Position numbers and translations under genes: made by a program. 64,000 nucleotides of DNA, from IMG/VR virus record IMGVR_UViG_3300033146_001099; one strand, given 5' to 3'. The notes beneath the pieces were generated by a model that worked only from the letters and a program-made list of their open reading frames with translations, did not search any database and was not told where the DNA came from. Each line of letters opens with the position of its first letter. Positions within the stretch are counted from its first letter, which is position 1. The stretch comes from an uncultured virus (IMG/VR IMGVR_UViG_3300033146_001099) (taxonomy: Duplodnaviria; Heunggongvirae; Uroviricota; Caudoviricetes). Shown piece by piece: positions 17,588 through 27,204 of the stretch.

Positions 17588-17962
17588 ATGAAGGCTACAC
17601 TGCTAAACTATGAAGTAGACATCAACTATGAATGCCCCAACTGTCGTCTAGTGTTCCGGCTCCGCAATAACCAGATACCTACTGAGCGGGCGACTACTCA
17701 TGTCTGTTCTCATTGCCTTGAACCGGTGACTGTTGGGCCGGTAGCAATCATAGTCGAAGAGGGACATAAAAAGCAGCCGCCATTGACAGTTGTGAACTTT
17801 AGTTCCGCTAAAAAGACCTTAGTAAGTCTGGGGTATGGCACTGGAAGGGCGAGCTGGCTGTTAGATACTATTATTAAAAACAACAAACTAAGCCCAAATA
17901 CCAAAGCGACTGTACTAGTTAAACTAGCTTTGGCTCACCAAACAGAAGATGAGATATCATGA
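17588..17962 (+). CDS. Zn-ribbon protein with RuvA domain III-like C-terminus
   Basis: CPNC..CSHC; SAKKTLVSLGYG..RA...LVKLAL resembles the RuvA C-terminal helical bundle; directly upstream of ruvB. Confidence 0.65.
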   Translation: MKATLLNYEVDINYECPNCRLVFRLRNNQIPTERATTHVCSHCLEPVTVGPVAIIVEEGHKKQPPLTVVNFSSAKKTLVSLGYGTGRASWLLDTIIKNNKLSPNTKATVLVKLALAHQTEDEIS

Positions 17963-18870
17963 CATTCAGACCGCAAAAGTTCGATGAGATCATTGGCCAA
18001 AATGCCATTCTCGAACCGCTTCGTATCTCCATTAAGTCTGCTAACGTCCGAAACGACGCTCTAGCTCACCTGTTGCTAAACGGGCCGGGAGGTTTAGGCA
18101 AGACTACTCTTGCTGGAGCCATCGCGAACGAAATGGGCTCTAAGATGAAGGTAGTGATGGGAAGTAACATTAAGTGTTTTAAGGATATTCTCTCTACGTT
18201 AGTAAACATACAAGAAGGCGAAGTTTTGTTTATTGATGAGATTCATCGAGTAAATAAGAGAATTGCTGAGTCGCTGTACACGGTAATGGAAGACTTTACT
18301 ATTGATATCCCCATGGCTGGTGCAGCAAAGGGCGACGATCCCGAAATCATGCATATTGAATTGCCAAAGTTCACCATGATCGGTGCTACGACCAATGCTG
18401 GAATGCTTACTGGTCCTCTATTGACTCGATTCAAGCTTAAGTTTACTCTGGAGCTATATGACTTAACAGACTTGACTGATTTGCTCGAAAAAAATGCAGT
18501 AAAAGAAAAGATCACTATTGACCGAGGTGGATTAGAGGCGATTGCCAAGGCAAGCCGTGGGACGCCTAGGATCGCGAATGCGTTACTTGAGTGGGTCCGC
18601 GACTACGGGATCGCTAAAGCCATATCGTCGCTTACAGAGGGCCATGTAGACGCTGCCCTGGCAATGAGAGAGATTGGTAAGGACGGCTCGACAAAGACCG
18701 ACCGACTCTATTTAGATTTTCTGAAAAAAAGAGGTGGTGGTCCAGTCGGCGTCGATTCAATCTGTTCTGGAATTAATGTGGATAATGATACAGTCATGAG
18801 TACAATTGAGCCGTGGCTAATTCAGCAAAATCTTATTATTAAGACTAGAGGTGGCAGACAACTCATATGA
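17959..18870 (+). CDS. ruvB: Holliday junction branch migration ATPase RuvB
   Basis: RPQKFDEIIGQ, GPGGLGKTTLA, FIDEIHR, MEDF, IGATT, SRGTPRIAN, IEPWL, TRGGR. Confidence 0.95.
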   Translation: MTFRPQKFDEIIGQNAILEPLRISIKSANVRNDALAHLLLNGPGGLGKTTLAGAIANEMGSKMKVVMGSNIKCFKDILSTLVNIQEGEVLFIDEIHRVNKRIAESLYTVMEDFTIDIPMAGAAKGDDPEIMHIELPKFTMIGATTNAGMLTGPLLTRFKLKFTLELYDLTDLTDLLEKNAVKEKITIDRGGLEAIAKASRGTPRIANALLEWVRDYGIAKAISSLTEGHVDAALAMREIGKDGSTKTDRLYLDFLKKRGGGPVGVDSICSGINVDNDTVMSTIEPWLIQQNLIIKTRGGRQLI

Positions 18871-19238
18871 TTAAATCTTTTACTACTACTAAGGTATCTA
18901 AGCTTAATCAATGGCGGAAATTGGTATGTAAGCATCGGCTTCACTTCGCTTCCGGTCCCAGCGGGATACTAGTGATTTGCTCAAATGAGGAACATCCCGT
19001 TCATGCAATGGCTATGGCTTTTGATCCGAACAGTATTCCAATCGGAGTAGCCATCATTGCGGATCACATATGGGACTGTAATATTATGGTCTACGTTAAA
19101 GCGGCTTACCGCCGACGCGGTATTGGTACCTCGCTAATCAAAAGTGTTAAAAGACGTCATCAGTCAGTAACGCAGTATGATTGTTATTGTAAGAATTATC
19201 GTTATCGTTTTTATAAGAAAGCAGGGATTGTTGTATGA
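18867..19238 (+). CDS. GNAT acetyltransferase-like protein
   Basis: YVKAAYRRRGIGTSL; FYKKAG. Confidence 0.8.
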   Translation: MIKSFTTTKVSKLNQWRKLVCKHRLHFASGPSGILVICSNEEHPVHAMAMAFDPNSIPIGVAIIADHIWDCNIMVYVKAAYRRRGIGTSLIKSVKRRHQSVTQYDCYCKNYRYRFYKKAGIVV

Positions 19239-19366
19239 GCGGTATAGTTGCTGTGCTAGAAGATGGCTGGAGGGAAGGTGATATAGTCCTCCTAGATGGA
19301 GTCCCTCACGAAATAGATAATATTAATGAGGCAGATCAAATGGCAGTTTTAATTAAAATCGCTTGA
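19235..19366 (+). CDS. small hypothetical protein (43 aa)
   Basis: Translated by hand; ATGA coupling. Confidence 0.5.
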   Translation: MSGIVAVLEDGWREGDIVLLDGVPHEIDNINEADQMAVLIKIA

Positions 19367-19390
19367 CTTAGAGAAAATGTTTGTTACAAT
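19363..19390 (+). promoter_or_regulatory. sigma70-like promoter
   Basis: TTGACT-16nt-TACAAT with TG. Confidence 0.65.
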
Positions 19391-19434
19391 GATACTAGAC
19401 GGCAAGCTACACTAACACTTTTTGAGGAATCGTT

Positions 19435-20004
19435 ATGTCAAATCGAAGTTACAGTCACAGACGAGATCATCGAACCGACAAAGAGTTCAAGCGGGATATT
19501 AGCTCGCGAACTAAGAAAGAAAGGTTCCTGATTCAAGCATTCCAGAGAGAGATGAAACATCGTGGACATGAGGTCAAAGTGCTAGATAATGGCATAGACA
19601 ATTCAGGACAAGTAATTCGAGGAAACACTACCTGTGCCGCCGATTACCTTGTTACAGTCGATGGCAAAGAGATGGAATTGGAAGTAAAAAATTCCTATGT
19701 TGGATTTAAATGCACCTTTAAGGTGTATAATCTAGAAAAATATGTGGAGTCCTGTGCTTCCATTCTTCTGTTTTATGATACCGGAAATATCAACTATAAT
19801 CTCAGTAATATGGACTATGACACTGCAAGGTGGGCAATTATCACACCTGAGAAGATCGCTCAAATGCTTGAGGATAAACAAGAGCTGTACTACAACGAAG
19901 CCAAATTTGGTGGTAAGCTATGTCTACAAATTACCGAAGACGAGTATGACAAATATTTCACCCCAGAAGAACTTACATATCACAGAAAAGGTAGAGTCCT
20001 ATGA
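19435..20004 (+). CDS. putative PD-(D/E)XK nuclease-fold protein
   Basis: E...ADY....ELEVK pattern. Confidence 0.6.
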   Translation: MSNRSYSHRRDHRTDKEFKRDISSRTKKERFLIQAFQREMKHRGHEVKVLDNGIDNSGQVIRGNTTCAADYLVTVDGKEMELEVKNSYVGFKCTFKVYNLEKYVESCASILLFYDTGNINYNLSNMDYDTARWAIITPEKIAQMLEDKQELYYNEAKFGGKLCLQITEDEYDKYFTPEELTYHRKGRVL

Positions 20005-20264
20005 ACACCAAGGTCACCGACGCAGTATTTGGACTAGTACTTGGCTTAGCAGTTGGAATTGCCTGCATGACCCTATTCAGATCTCCAGCAGCAGTAGAAA
20101 CCGAAGCTATCAAGAGAGGTTTTGCTTACCGCGAGGAGACGACTCAGGAGTTCACATGGCACCTCTCTTACACAGTTCTGATACAAGAAGAGGTACAACA
20201 AATGATGGCAGAGGACTTTGCCACTAAGCACCTTTCTCCTGAAAGGGCTACTTATAATGACTAA
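20001..20264 (+). CDS. membrane-anchored hypothetical protein
   Basis: N-terminal TM segment. Confidence 0.65.
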   Translation: MNTKVTDAVFGLVLGLAVGIACMTLFRSPAAVETEAIKRGFAYREETTQEFTWHLSYTVLIQEEVQQMMAEDFATKHLSPERATYND

Positions 20265-20721
20265 GCTACAACGAGGACAGAAGCTATGCCCTAAGTGCGA
20301 TGAGATAAATGCATCTCGTCAACGCACCTGTAAATACTGTCAGCATGAGTTTATCTCTAAAAATACTCCTATTAAAAATGAAGTAAGAGATTGGAAAAAC
20401 CTGGAAGTTGGCACGTATATTAAGATAGTACAAGGAACAGGCCCTTACTTTATCGCTCGGAGAGACTCTGAGGAGGGAGTGGCTGGGGAACGAATCTGTC
20501 TCGGCAGTACTGGTGTATATAGTGTTGCCGGGCTAGACAGCAACGGTATTCATGCATATGGAACTACCCGTAAGAACGGTGGGTTCTGCTATCTCTATAT
20601 GGGACCACCACATATTTCAAAAGCTACCGGAACCCATATGGAAGCCTATCGAATTAAGCGAGTAAAACGCAAAGGGGAAAGACATGGCAAATGTAACCGC
20701 GACCGCATCAATAACAAATGA
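20257..20721 (+). CDS. hypothetical protein with N-terminal Zn ribbon
   Basis: CPKC...CKYC. Confidence 0.7.
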   Translation: MTKLQRGQKLCPKCDEINASRQRTCKYCQHEFISKNTPIKNEVRDWKNLEVGTYIKIVQGTGPYFIARRDSEEGVAGERICLGSTGVYSVAGLDSNGIHAYGTTRKNGGFCYLYMGPPHISKATGTHMEAYRIKRVKRKGERHGKCNRDRINNK

Positions 20722-21199
20722 TATAAATCTAACCTTGATTAAATTGGGCAGTAATCTCCAGACTGAATCAGCACTAACAGATTACTCGGTATCACTCACT
20801 GATGGAACAGGCACGTTAAATGTTAATTACGGAGTAATTACAACTGGCCAGCTACCCGCTGGTGGAAAGCAGTACTTCGATTTTCGGGCCTTACCAAAAT
20901 CAGTTTGGGACTTAAGTGCAAATGTACAATTTAACCAAATCAAGAGTATAATTTTTGAGAACAGACAAACGTTGTCTGGCGTAGACTACACAGTCTACGC
21001 AACAGGGTCATTGGGTCTGAATGACATGTTCAACGGCGGCTCGGGCAACCTAGCTATTAAGCCACGAGCAACGTATATTTATTCCGATCCAACGGCAGGA
21101 TTGGTCGTTGATGGCACCAATAGAGAGCTAGTGCTAGAAGACGGTGCTAGCAGCTCTGGTGCGTTGTATACTATGATCATAGTAGGTATCACAGGATAA
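20684..21199 (+). CDS. hypothetical T/G/N-rich beta protein, possibly virion-associated
   Basis: Composition; AAGGGG RBS. Confidence 0.7.
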   Translation: MANVTATASITNDINLTLIKLGSNLQTESALTDYSVSLTDGTGTLNVNYGVITTGQLPAGGKQYFDFRALPKSVWDLSANVQFNQIKSIIFENRQTLSGVDYTVYATGSLGLNDMFNGGSGNLAIKPRATYIYSDPTAGLVVDGTNRELVLEDGASSSGALYTMIIVGITG

Positions 21200-21202
21200 A
21201 AC

Positions 21203-21799
21203 ATGAAACACAGACTATTTGGTAATATGGCTTACGCTTGTGGTGCCATGGATCGAGCACCAGATGGTGGTGTAGAGTGGAGACTAGACATACAGCCCTT
21301 TATTAATTCATTAGGAGTTGGTTTTTTAAATCCCTGTGACAAACCTATATCTGTAGGCGTCGAGAATCGAGACTCTAGACATAAAAGAGAGACTCAAAAA
21401 CATAATGGCGATTTTGATAGCATGAGCAATGACATGAAGATCATTCGCTCAGTAGATCTACGAATGGTAGATCTTTCTAACTTTTTGATTGTCAATATCG
21501 ACCTAGAACACTATGCCTGTGGAACCATAGAGGAAATGGTCCTGGCTAATAGACAAAAGAAGCCTATATTAATTCATGTCAAACAAGGGAAAAGATTGTG
21601 TCCTGACTGGATTTTAGGAATGTTGGGGCCAAAAGGCCATGACATGATATTTGATGAATGGAAAGAGCTTAAAAAATACTTAACAATAATAAATTCTGGC
21701 AGCGATAAGGATGTAGAAAAACGAAACTCTCATCACCGCTGGGTATTTTTTGACTTTCGAAAGATTTTTAATAGTGATGTTGCCGGATTTGACGTATAA
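21203..21799 (+). CDS. nucleoside 2-deoxyribosyltransferase-like protein
   Basis: YACGAM, WR, LNPC, DLRMVD.S, GTIEEM..A...KKP. Confidence 0.8.
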   Translation: MKHRLFGNMAYACGAMDRAPDGGVEWRLDIQPFINSLGVGFLNPCDKPISVGVENRDSRHKRETQKHNGDFDSMSNDMKIIRSVDLRMVDLSNFLIVNIDLEHYACGTIEEMVLANRQKKPILIHVKQGKRLCPDWILGMLGPKGHDMIFDEWKELKKYLTIINSGSDKDVEKRNSHHRWVFFDFRKIFNSDVAGFDV

Positions 21800-21836
21800 T
21801 TGTGTGGAACTAGTCATAAACACATAGGAACAGAGG

Positions 21837-22691
21837 ATGAAAATACTTTGGATAAGTGATTTCGATATTAGCAACAACCCTGGCGGATCGCAGAGAACAG
21901 ATGACGAGGTTATTAAGGCAGGTCAGCATCAGCATCAGATCACTCGCTTTAATCTCCAGTCCGACGAGGGCCTGCTCACGGCAGATACCTATGATGCAAT
22001 AGTCAGTAATAACCTAGAGCACCTGAGAAGTCGGCGTCCAACCGTGTTCCAGTTTATTATTAAGCATCCGAACCATATTCGGTTTGAGCATGATTCCAAT
22101 GCATATTTGACCACTGACGACAGAAAGCTATTGTTTGGTAGTACTAAACGAACTTTCTTTTTATCCGAATATCATCACCACCAATTCATTGAGCTCTACG
22201 GGAACATCTTTCATAATGTTAGCATTATCACGTCTCCTATTGACTTGGACAAATTTAAAACTCTTACCAGTCAAGAGGAACGTCAGGACGCCATTCTTTA
22301 TATAGGCTTCCTACATTTCCTAAAGGGTACTCATACCTTCTTTTCTCATGTCCTAAATAATCCTGACACCCAATTTGTTATGGCTTCTTGGGGTGATAAA
22401 AATCTAGAAAGGACAGCTAGATCTTTCAAGAATGTCAAGTGGCTCGGCACCGTCAAGTATGATGCGATGCCCGCTCTCTTCAATCAATATAAAAAACTCT
22501 ATTATCATCCAGCTAAATTTGAACCCTTCTGTCGTTCGGTAGGAGAGGCAATCTTGTGTGGGATGGACCTGGATGTTGCGGGTAATATTGGTGCCGTACA
22601 TGATCTACAACGCTACGGAATAGACAAGCTAAGAGAAATGTGTGGTAAGTCTAAGCATACCTTCTGGCAACTAGTAGGGGAACAGCCATGA
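21837..22691 (+). CDS. glycosyltransferase (GT4/GT-B)
   Basis: PGGSQ, YIGFLHFLKG, EPFCRSVGEA. Confidence 0.8.
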   Translation: MKILWISDFDISNNPGGSQRTDDEVIKAGQHQHQITRFNLQSDEGLLTADTYDAIVSNNLEHLRSRRPTVFQFIIKHPNHIRFEHDSNAYLTTDDRKLLFGSTKRTFFLSEYHHHQFIELYGNIFHNVSIITSPIDLDKFKTLTSQEERQDAILYIGFLHFLKGTHTFFSHVLNNPDTQFVMASWGDKNLERTARSFKNVKWLGTVKYDAMPALFNQYKKLYYHPAKFEPFCRSVGEAILCGMDLDVAGNIGAVHDLQRYGIDKLREMCGKSKHTFWQLVGEQP

Positions 22692-23572
22692 ATATTGGAG
22701 TGATTGGAACAGGATTCGTGGGTTCAGCAATTAATGCATTTTTGAACAAGTGGTCTGATCACCATGTATTCACCTATGATATCAAAGATGGAATACCCGC
22801 AGACGAAGGCTATCAAGGGATAGTCATGAAGTGTAAGATGATCTACCTGTGCCTTCCTACTCCCATGAATGCCGAAGGCCGATGCCATATAGAGATAGTA
22901 GAGAACGCACTAAGATTGTTAGACCACCATGCATCTCTAGCTAATAAGATGCCAATTGTACTAATAAAATCTACGATGGTACCAGGAACCAGTCAGCGGC
23001 TACAGTCCTTATTTAATAGTCTTATCTTGGTTACTAATCCCGAATTCTTAACTGAGCGTACTGCATACAATGATTTCAAGAATGCCTCTCGACATGTCCT
23101 AGGTATCATTGACCCAGAAAACAATCCGATCAAAAGCATACTGGCCAACTACCATACGGAACTATGGGGACACGCTGAGTGCCTGTTCGTCACACCAACA
23201 GAAGCAGAACTTATAAAGTATGTGACCAACTCCTACTTTACAGTCAAGGTAACATTTGCTAATCATATGTATCAGCTGTGTCAGACACTAGGTATTGAGT
23301 ACGAGCAATGGATTAAAAACGCAATACATGCTGATCCACGACTTGGAGAGAACCATTGGCGGGTTCCTGGGCCTGATGGTAAGCTGGGGTATTCAGGTAG
23401 TTGCTTCTGTAAAGATTTAAGCGGGATGATCACTCTTTTTAATGATAACGAAGTTGACGCTGTACTTCTAGAGACGGCACGAGAGTATAATAATAAGGTC
23501 AGACCAGAACGTGACTGGGAACAACTCAAGGGTCGAGCAGTTATTGATGAGGAATCCGAATGTCAGTCGTAG
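22688..23572 (+). CDS. UDP-glucose/GDP-mannose dehydrogenase family (short form)
   Basis: GTGFVG, CLPTP, IKSTMVPG, NPEFL, AELIKY..N, GYSGSCFCKD. Confidence 0.9.
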   Translation: MNIGVIGTGFVGSAINAFLNKWSDHHVFTYDIKDGIPADEGYQGIVMKCKMIYLCLPTPMNAEGRCHIEIVENALRLLDHHASLANKMPIVLIKSTMVPGTSQRLQSLFNSLILVTNPEFLTERTAYNDFKNASRHVLGIIDPENNPIKSILANYHTELWGHAECLFVTPTEAELIKYVTNSYFTVKVTFANHMYQLCQTLGIEYEQWIKNAIHADPRLGENHWRVPGPDGKLGYSGSCFCKDLSGMITLFNDNEVDAVLLETAREYNNKVRPERDWEQLKGRAVIDEESECQS

Positions 23573-24555
23573 GCTCCATGGTCTATGCTACTAAATCAGG
23601 ACTCGGAATCTTAGGGAAGCTTTTATATGACTCTAAGATCATCGACAAAGTATTTGTAGCACAGCATTCCAAATTTGAATCACACTTAGAGTGGTATCGT
23701 ACCGAAGATATTATCTTGTCGGTTGATGAGTTCTTGGACTCAATAGATACCCTCTTGCTTCTTGAGGCCCCAATACCAGACCCATTTGATTGGTCTGTGG
23801 TGCAGCGGGCAAAATACAAAGGTAAAAAGATCGTCCTTATGCCTATGTATGAGTCGACTCCGAGACAAAACCTCTTCTTGGTGGATAAGATAATATGTCC
23901 CTCTCTATTAGACTTGGAATACTACGAGGATTATGATGCCGAGTTTATTCCGGTACCTTCTTCAAGGGATATCCAGTGGAAGCTAAGGGAAAAAGCTGAC
24001 GTTTTCGTACACAACGTGGGACATGGGGGTATATTCTCTCGGAATGGGACCGTAGAGATTATAGAAGCACTACCCCTGATTAAATCAAACATTAAGTTAA
24101 TTATTAGAATCCAACCCGATGCTAATAGTGAACTACTAACTTTAGTAGACAATATAACAGACAAGAGAGTTGAAGTAGTAAAGCAGCATGTTCCTTTCTC
24201 TGAGCTGTGGTCAGTCGGAGACGTGTTTCTTTTTCCAGAGAAATTTAATGGGTTATCTCTGCCTCTACAGGAGGCTCATGCGGCGGGGATGTTGGTGATG
24301 GCAGGAGACAGGCACCCTATCAACACATGGCTCCCACGAGAGCCCCTGATACCTGTGGGAGGCTATTTTAATACAGACCTCCCTTGGATAGGCATAAAGA
24401 TTAAAAACGCCCTCATTCAGCCGCAGGCGATTGCCGAGACGATAGACAAGTGGGCAGGTAAGGATATTATGAGTCAGTCCATAGATGGTAGAGCTTGGGC
24501 TATAGAGAACTCAGGGGAAGTTTTGAAGCCAAGATATGATGAGATATTGAGATGA
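23560..24555 (+). CDS. glycosyltransferase (GT-B)
   Basis: DVFLFPEKFNGLSLPLQEAHAAG. Confidence 0.8.
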   Translation: MSVVGSMVYATKSGLGILGKLLYDSKIIDKVFVAQHSKFESHLEWYRTEDIILSVDEFLDSIDTLLLLEAPIPDPFDWSVVQRAKYKGKKIVLMPMYESTPRQNLFLVDKIICPSLLDLEYYEDYDAEFIPVPSSRDIQWKLREKADVFVHNVGHGGIFSRNGTVEIIEALPLIKSNIKLIIRIQPDANSELLTLVDNITDKRVEVVKQHVPFSELWSVGDVFLFPEKFNGLSLPLQEAHAAGMLVMAGDRHPINTWLPREPLIPVGGYFNTDLPWIGIKIKNALIQPQAIAETIDKWAGKDIMSQSIDGRAWAIENSGEVLKPRYDEILR

Positions 24556-25061
24556 AGAAATATAACTTTGGGCCATATAGCAAAGAGCATTTAGACGCCC
24601 GATGGGAAGAGGCAATGTCCTCTAATCGTCCTTGGAGGTTATCAATTAAAATTGAAAAAATTCAGCATTGGATGGAAAGAATAAAGCAGCACCACTCAAT
24701 ATTGCGACATCTAAATATAACACCAGATACAAAAGTTATGTCTGCTGGCTGTGCAATAGGTCATTTAGCACCGTATTTCAATTTTGATAACTATTTAGGA
24801 ATAGACATCTACAAACCAGCAATAGAATACGCCAAGACAATGTATCCTAGCCATCAGTTCTTGTCCGAAGACATGACACAAATCTCATACCCTGATAATA
24901 CTTTTGAATGGATCATCTGTGCGGGGTTTAGGCCAAGAGGTGAAATGTTTGAACATTTAAACGCTTGGGGTCATAATATTGTTTCGTTTTCCTACACTCC
25001 CGCGAATGAATACATGGCGTGGAACAAACAAACTAAGAAAATATTAAGAGGTCTGGCATAA
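24552..25061 (+). CDS. class I SAM methyltransferase
   Basis: SAGCAIG, YLGIDI, YPDNTFE. Confidence 0.75.
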   Translation: MKKYNFGPYSKEHLDARWEEAMSSNRPWRLSIKIEKIQHWMERIKQHHSILRHLNITPDTKVMSAGCAIGHLAPYFNFDNYLGIDIYKPAIEYAKTMYPSHQFLSEDMTQISYPDNTFEWIICAGFRPRGEMFEHLNAWGHNIVSFSYTPANEYMAWNKQTKKILRGLA

Positions 25062-25062
25062 G

Positions 25063-25196
25063 ATGAAGATTTTGTATCACCATCTACCAAAGTGCGGGGA
25101 ATTATCTCCGAGTCAGTTCAAAAACAGCTAGATAATAGCCTTGACTATCAAATATATCTGAATATTCAAGAGAGGATGGTATCTCGTGATAGATAA
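25063..25196 (+). pseudogene. internally deleted sulfotransferase (family 2-like) remnant
   Basis: N-terminal MKILYHHLPKCGG (PAPS loop) joined out of frame to a C-terminal-like NSLDYQIY segment. Confidence 0.65.
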
Positions 25197-25752
25197 AACA
25201 AACTTTTGGACAGATCCAGATGAACAGGCATTTCTCCTTGGCTATATAGAAGAGAATAACTGTGTCAATATGTTAGAATGGGGGTCGGGACACTCAACTT
25301 TGATCTTACAGGATAAGGTTGAGCGGCTTACTTCTGTTGAGCATCACCCGGATTGGTATGCTATATTGAAGTCTAAGATAGGAAAGAATGTAGATTACAT
25401 GTATATCCCTCCTAACAATCCGCTTTGGGAACAGCAATTCCATCCTGATGGTAAGAAGAATCCGGCAGGAGATGACGGCAGTTTCGAAGACTTCGCATCA
25501 TATGTTCTTGCTCCTTCCCGTTCCATGAATGCCTCATACGATGTAGTCTTTATCGACGGTCGAGCACGAGTAGCTTGTGCCTGGGCAGCAATGCATATGC
25601 TAAGCCCAGAAGGTAAGATTTTCATCCATGATTTTGGGCCAGAAGCACCACATCCTTACTTGCACCACAGAACGTACTATGACGTGGTTAGCGAATGGCT
25701 AGAGCCAGTAGGAAGGGTCAAGACAATGGCTTGTTTTAGGATACGAAAATGA
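25186..25752 (+). CDS. SAM-dependent methyltransferase
   Basis: LEWGSGHST, SVEH, FIDGRAR, IHD. Confidence 0.85.
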   Translation: MIDKTNFWTDPDEQAFLLGYIEENNCVNMLEWGSGHSTLILQDKVERLTSVEHHPDWYAILKSKIGKNVDYMYIPPNNPLWEQQFHPDGKKNPAGDDGSFEDFASYVLAPSRSMNASYDVVFIDGRARVACAWAAMHMLSPEGKIFIHDFGPEAPHPYLHHRTYYDVVSEWLEPVGRVKTMACFRIRK

Positions 25753-26642
25753 GAATACTATATATTGCTAAACATGGTCAGGCGAACAATGATGATGAAG
25801 GATCTATCATGTGGGGCATGACTCAGCTAGGACATACTGTTCATTGCCTTACCTATAGTCCCTCTCTTGAAGAAGATAAAAAAGAATTAGATAAGCTAGG
25901 TGCTGATGAATTTGATATAGCCCTGTTTCATAAACTACCTATAGACTATGTGCATTATGTCTGCGAGAAGTGGAAAGGTGTATGCTGGTTCTTCGATCCA
26001 ATCTATAAAAAGTTTGCCTCTAACGATGAATATGTAGAAGCTATTGAGCCATACTTATATAAGGGGTTCTTTACGGATGGTGATTACACAATTCTGAAAA
26101 ATGATCCACGACTAATTGATCTTAAGCAGGGATTTGATAGTAGAAGAATAGGAATATCTACAGAAGGCTTAGCTGGGCCTGCGACTTTGCCCAAAAAGAT
26201 ACTTTTTATTGGCACTGTGGGCGGAGAGGGATACCTGGAGAGAGAACGGATGTGTAATACATTGACAGATTGGTTTGGGCCTATGGCTCATTTTCAGTAC
26301 AATGTATTTAAGAATCATCTTAAAAAAGTAATCGCAACAACTCAGGTAATGCTGGCGATGCCACCAGTTACCGACAACTATTGGTCTAATAGAGTGTACA
26401 TCATTGGTGGCTACGGTGGATTTTTAATGCATCCTGCCTCCAAAGGGTTAGCTGAACAATTTGTTCCCAACGAAGAATTAGTGTTCTATAATGATGTAGA
26501 CCATCTTGCTCTTCTGTTAAATAAAGCATTAGATAATCCAGAATATTGTAAGAAGATAGCCGCACGTACTAATGAAATTATTTTGGAAAAGCATTGTTAT
26601 GTGCATCGATGTGAAAAAATAGTGGAGATATGTAATGAGTGA
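25749..26642 (+). CDS. glycosyltransferase (CgeB-like)
   Basis: FIGT, YWSNRVY...GGFL, H.YVHR. Confidence 0.8.
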   Translation: MRILYIAKHGQANNDDEGSIMWGMTQLGHTVHCLTYSPSLEEDKKELDKLGADEFDIALFHKLPIDYVHYVCEKWKGVCWFFDPIYKKFASNDEYVEAIEPYLYKGFFTDGDYTILKNDPRLIDLKQGFDSRRIGISTEGLAGPATLPKKILFIGTVGGEGYLERERMCNTLTDWFGPMAHFQYNVFKNHLKKVIATTQVMLAMPPVTDNYWSNRVYIIGGYGGFLMHPASKGLAEQFVPNEELVFYNDVDHLALLLNKALDNPEYCKKIAARTNEIILEKHCYVHRCEKIVEICNE

Positions 26643-27189
26643 CGAAGTAATCGAAAAACACAAGCCAGTTGATACTCCCGATTTTTGGAAAACTAGGATC
26701 AAGGAGGCGATTGATGTAGGCTCTCTAAGACATGCAGTCTATCGCGTTCCTGAGTCTATGTGGCTTGAGGTAACTGATCATCATAAAATGATTCTTGCCG
26801 AGAATATAGACCCTGATTCCATGGTTCTTGATGCTGGTTGCGGCTATGGTCGTGCCTCAGAATTTATAGATGTAAACCCCGAGGTAGGCGGCGGATATAT
26901 GGGTGTTGATATATCTCCTGACTTTATCCAGTTTGCTGGTCAACTATATCCTGATAAAGATTTTATGGTAGGTGATCTTACTGATCTACCATTTAAAGAT
27001 AAGACCTTTGACTATGCTGTATGTATTAGCGTAATGATTATGGTAGTGCAAAATCTGGGCTGGTCTAAATGGGAACAAATACAGAATGAGTTGCTCCGAG
27101 TTTCTCGTAATATTATTTGTCTAGAGTATGGTACTGCCGATACTGACACAGAATCTAACACCTATTATGTAATTAAATCTAGTGGCTAG
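26635..27189 (+). CDS. class I SAM methyltransferase
   Basis: VLDAGCGYGR, GVDIS, LPFKDKTFD. Confidence 0.9.
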   Translation: MSDEVIEKHKPVDTPDFWKTRIKEAIDVGSLRHAVYRVPESMWLEVTDHHKMILAENIDPDSMVLDAGCGYGRASEFIDVNPEVGGGYMGVDISPDFIQFAGQLYPDKDFMVGDLTDLPFKDKTFDYAVCISVMIMVVQNLGWSKWEQIQNELLRVSRNIICLEYGTADTDTESNTYYVIKSSG

Positions 27190-27204
27190 AGATAAGGTTT
27201 AGGT

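Noticed and set aside
17320..17589. Gly/Ser-rich minus-strand ORF and the LSLSPH frame
   Set aside because: Shadow frames of the Pro-Glu repeat.
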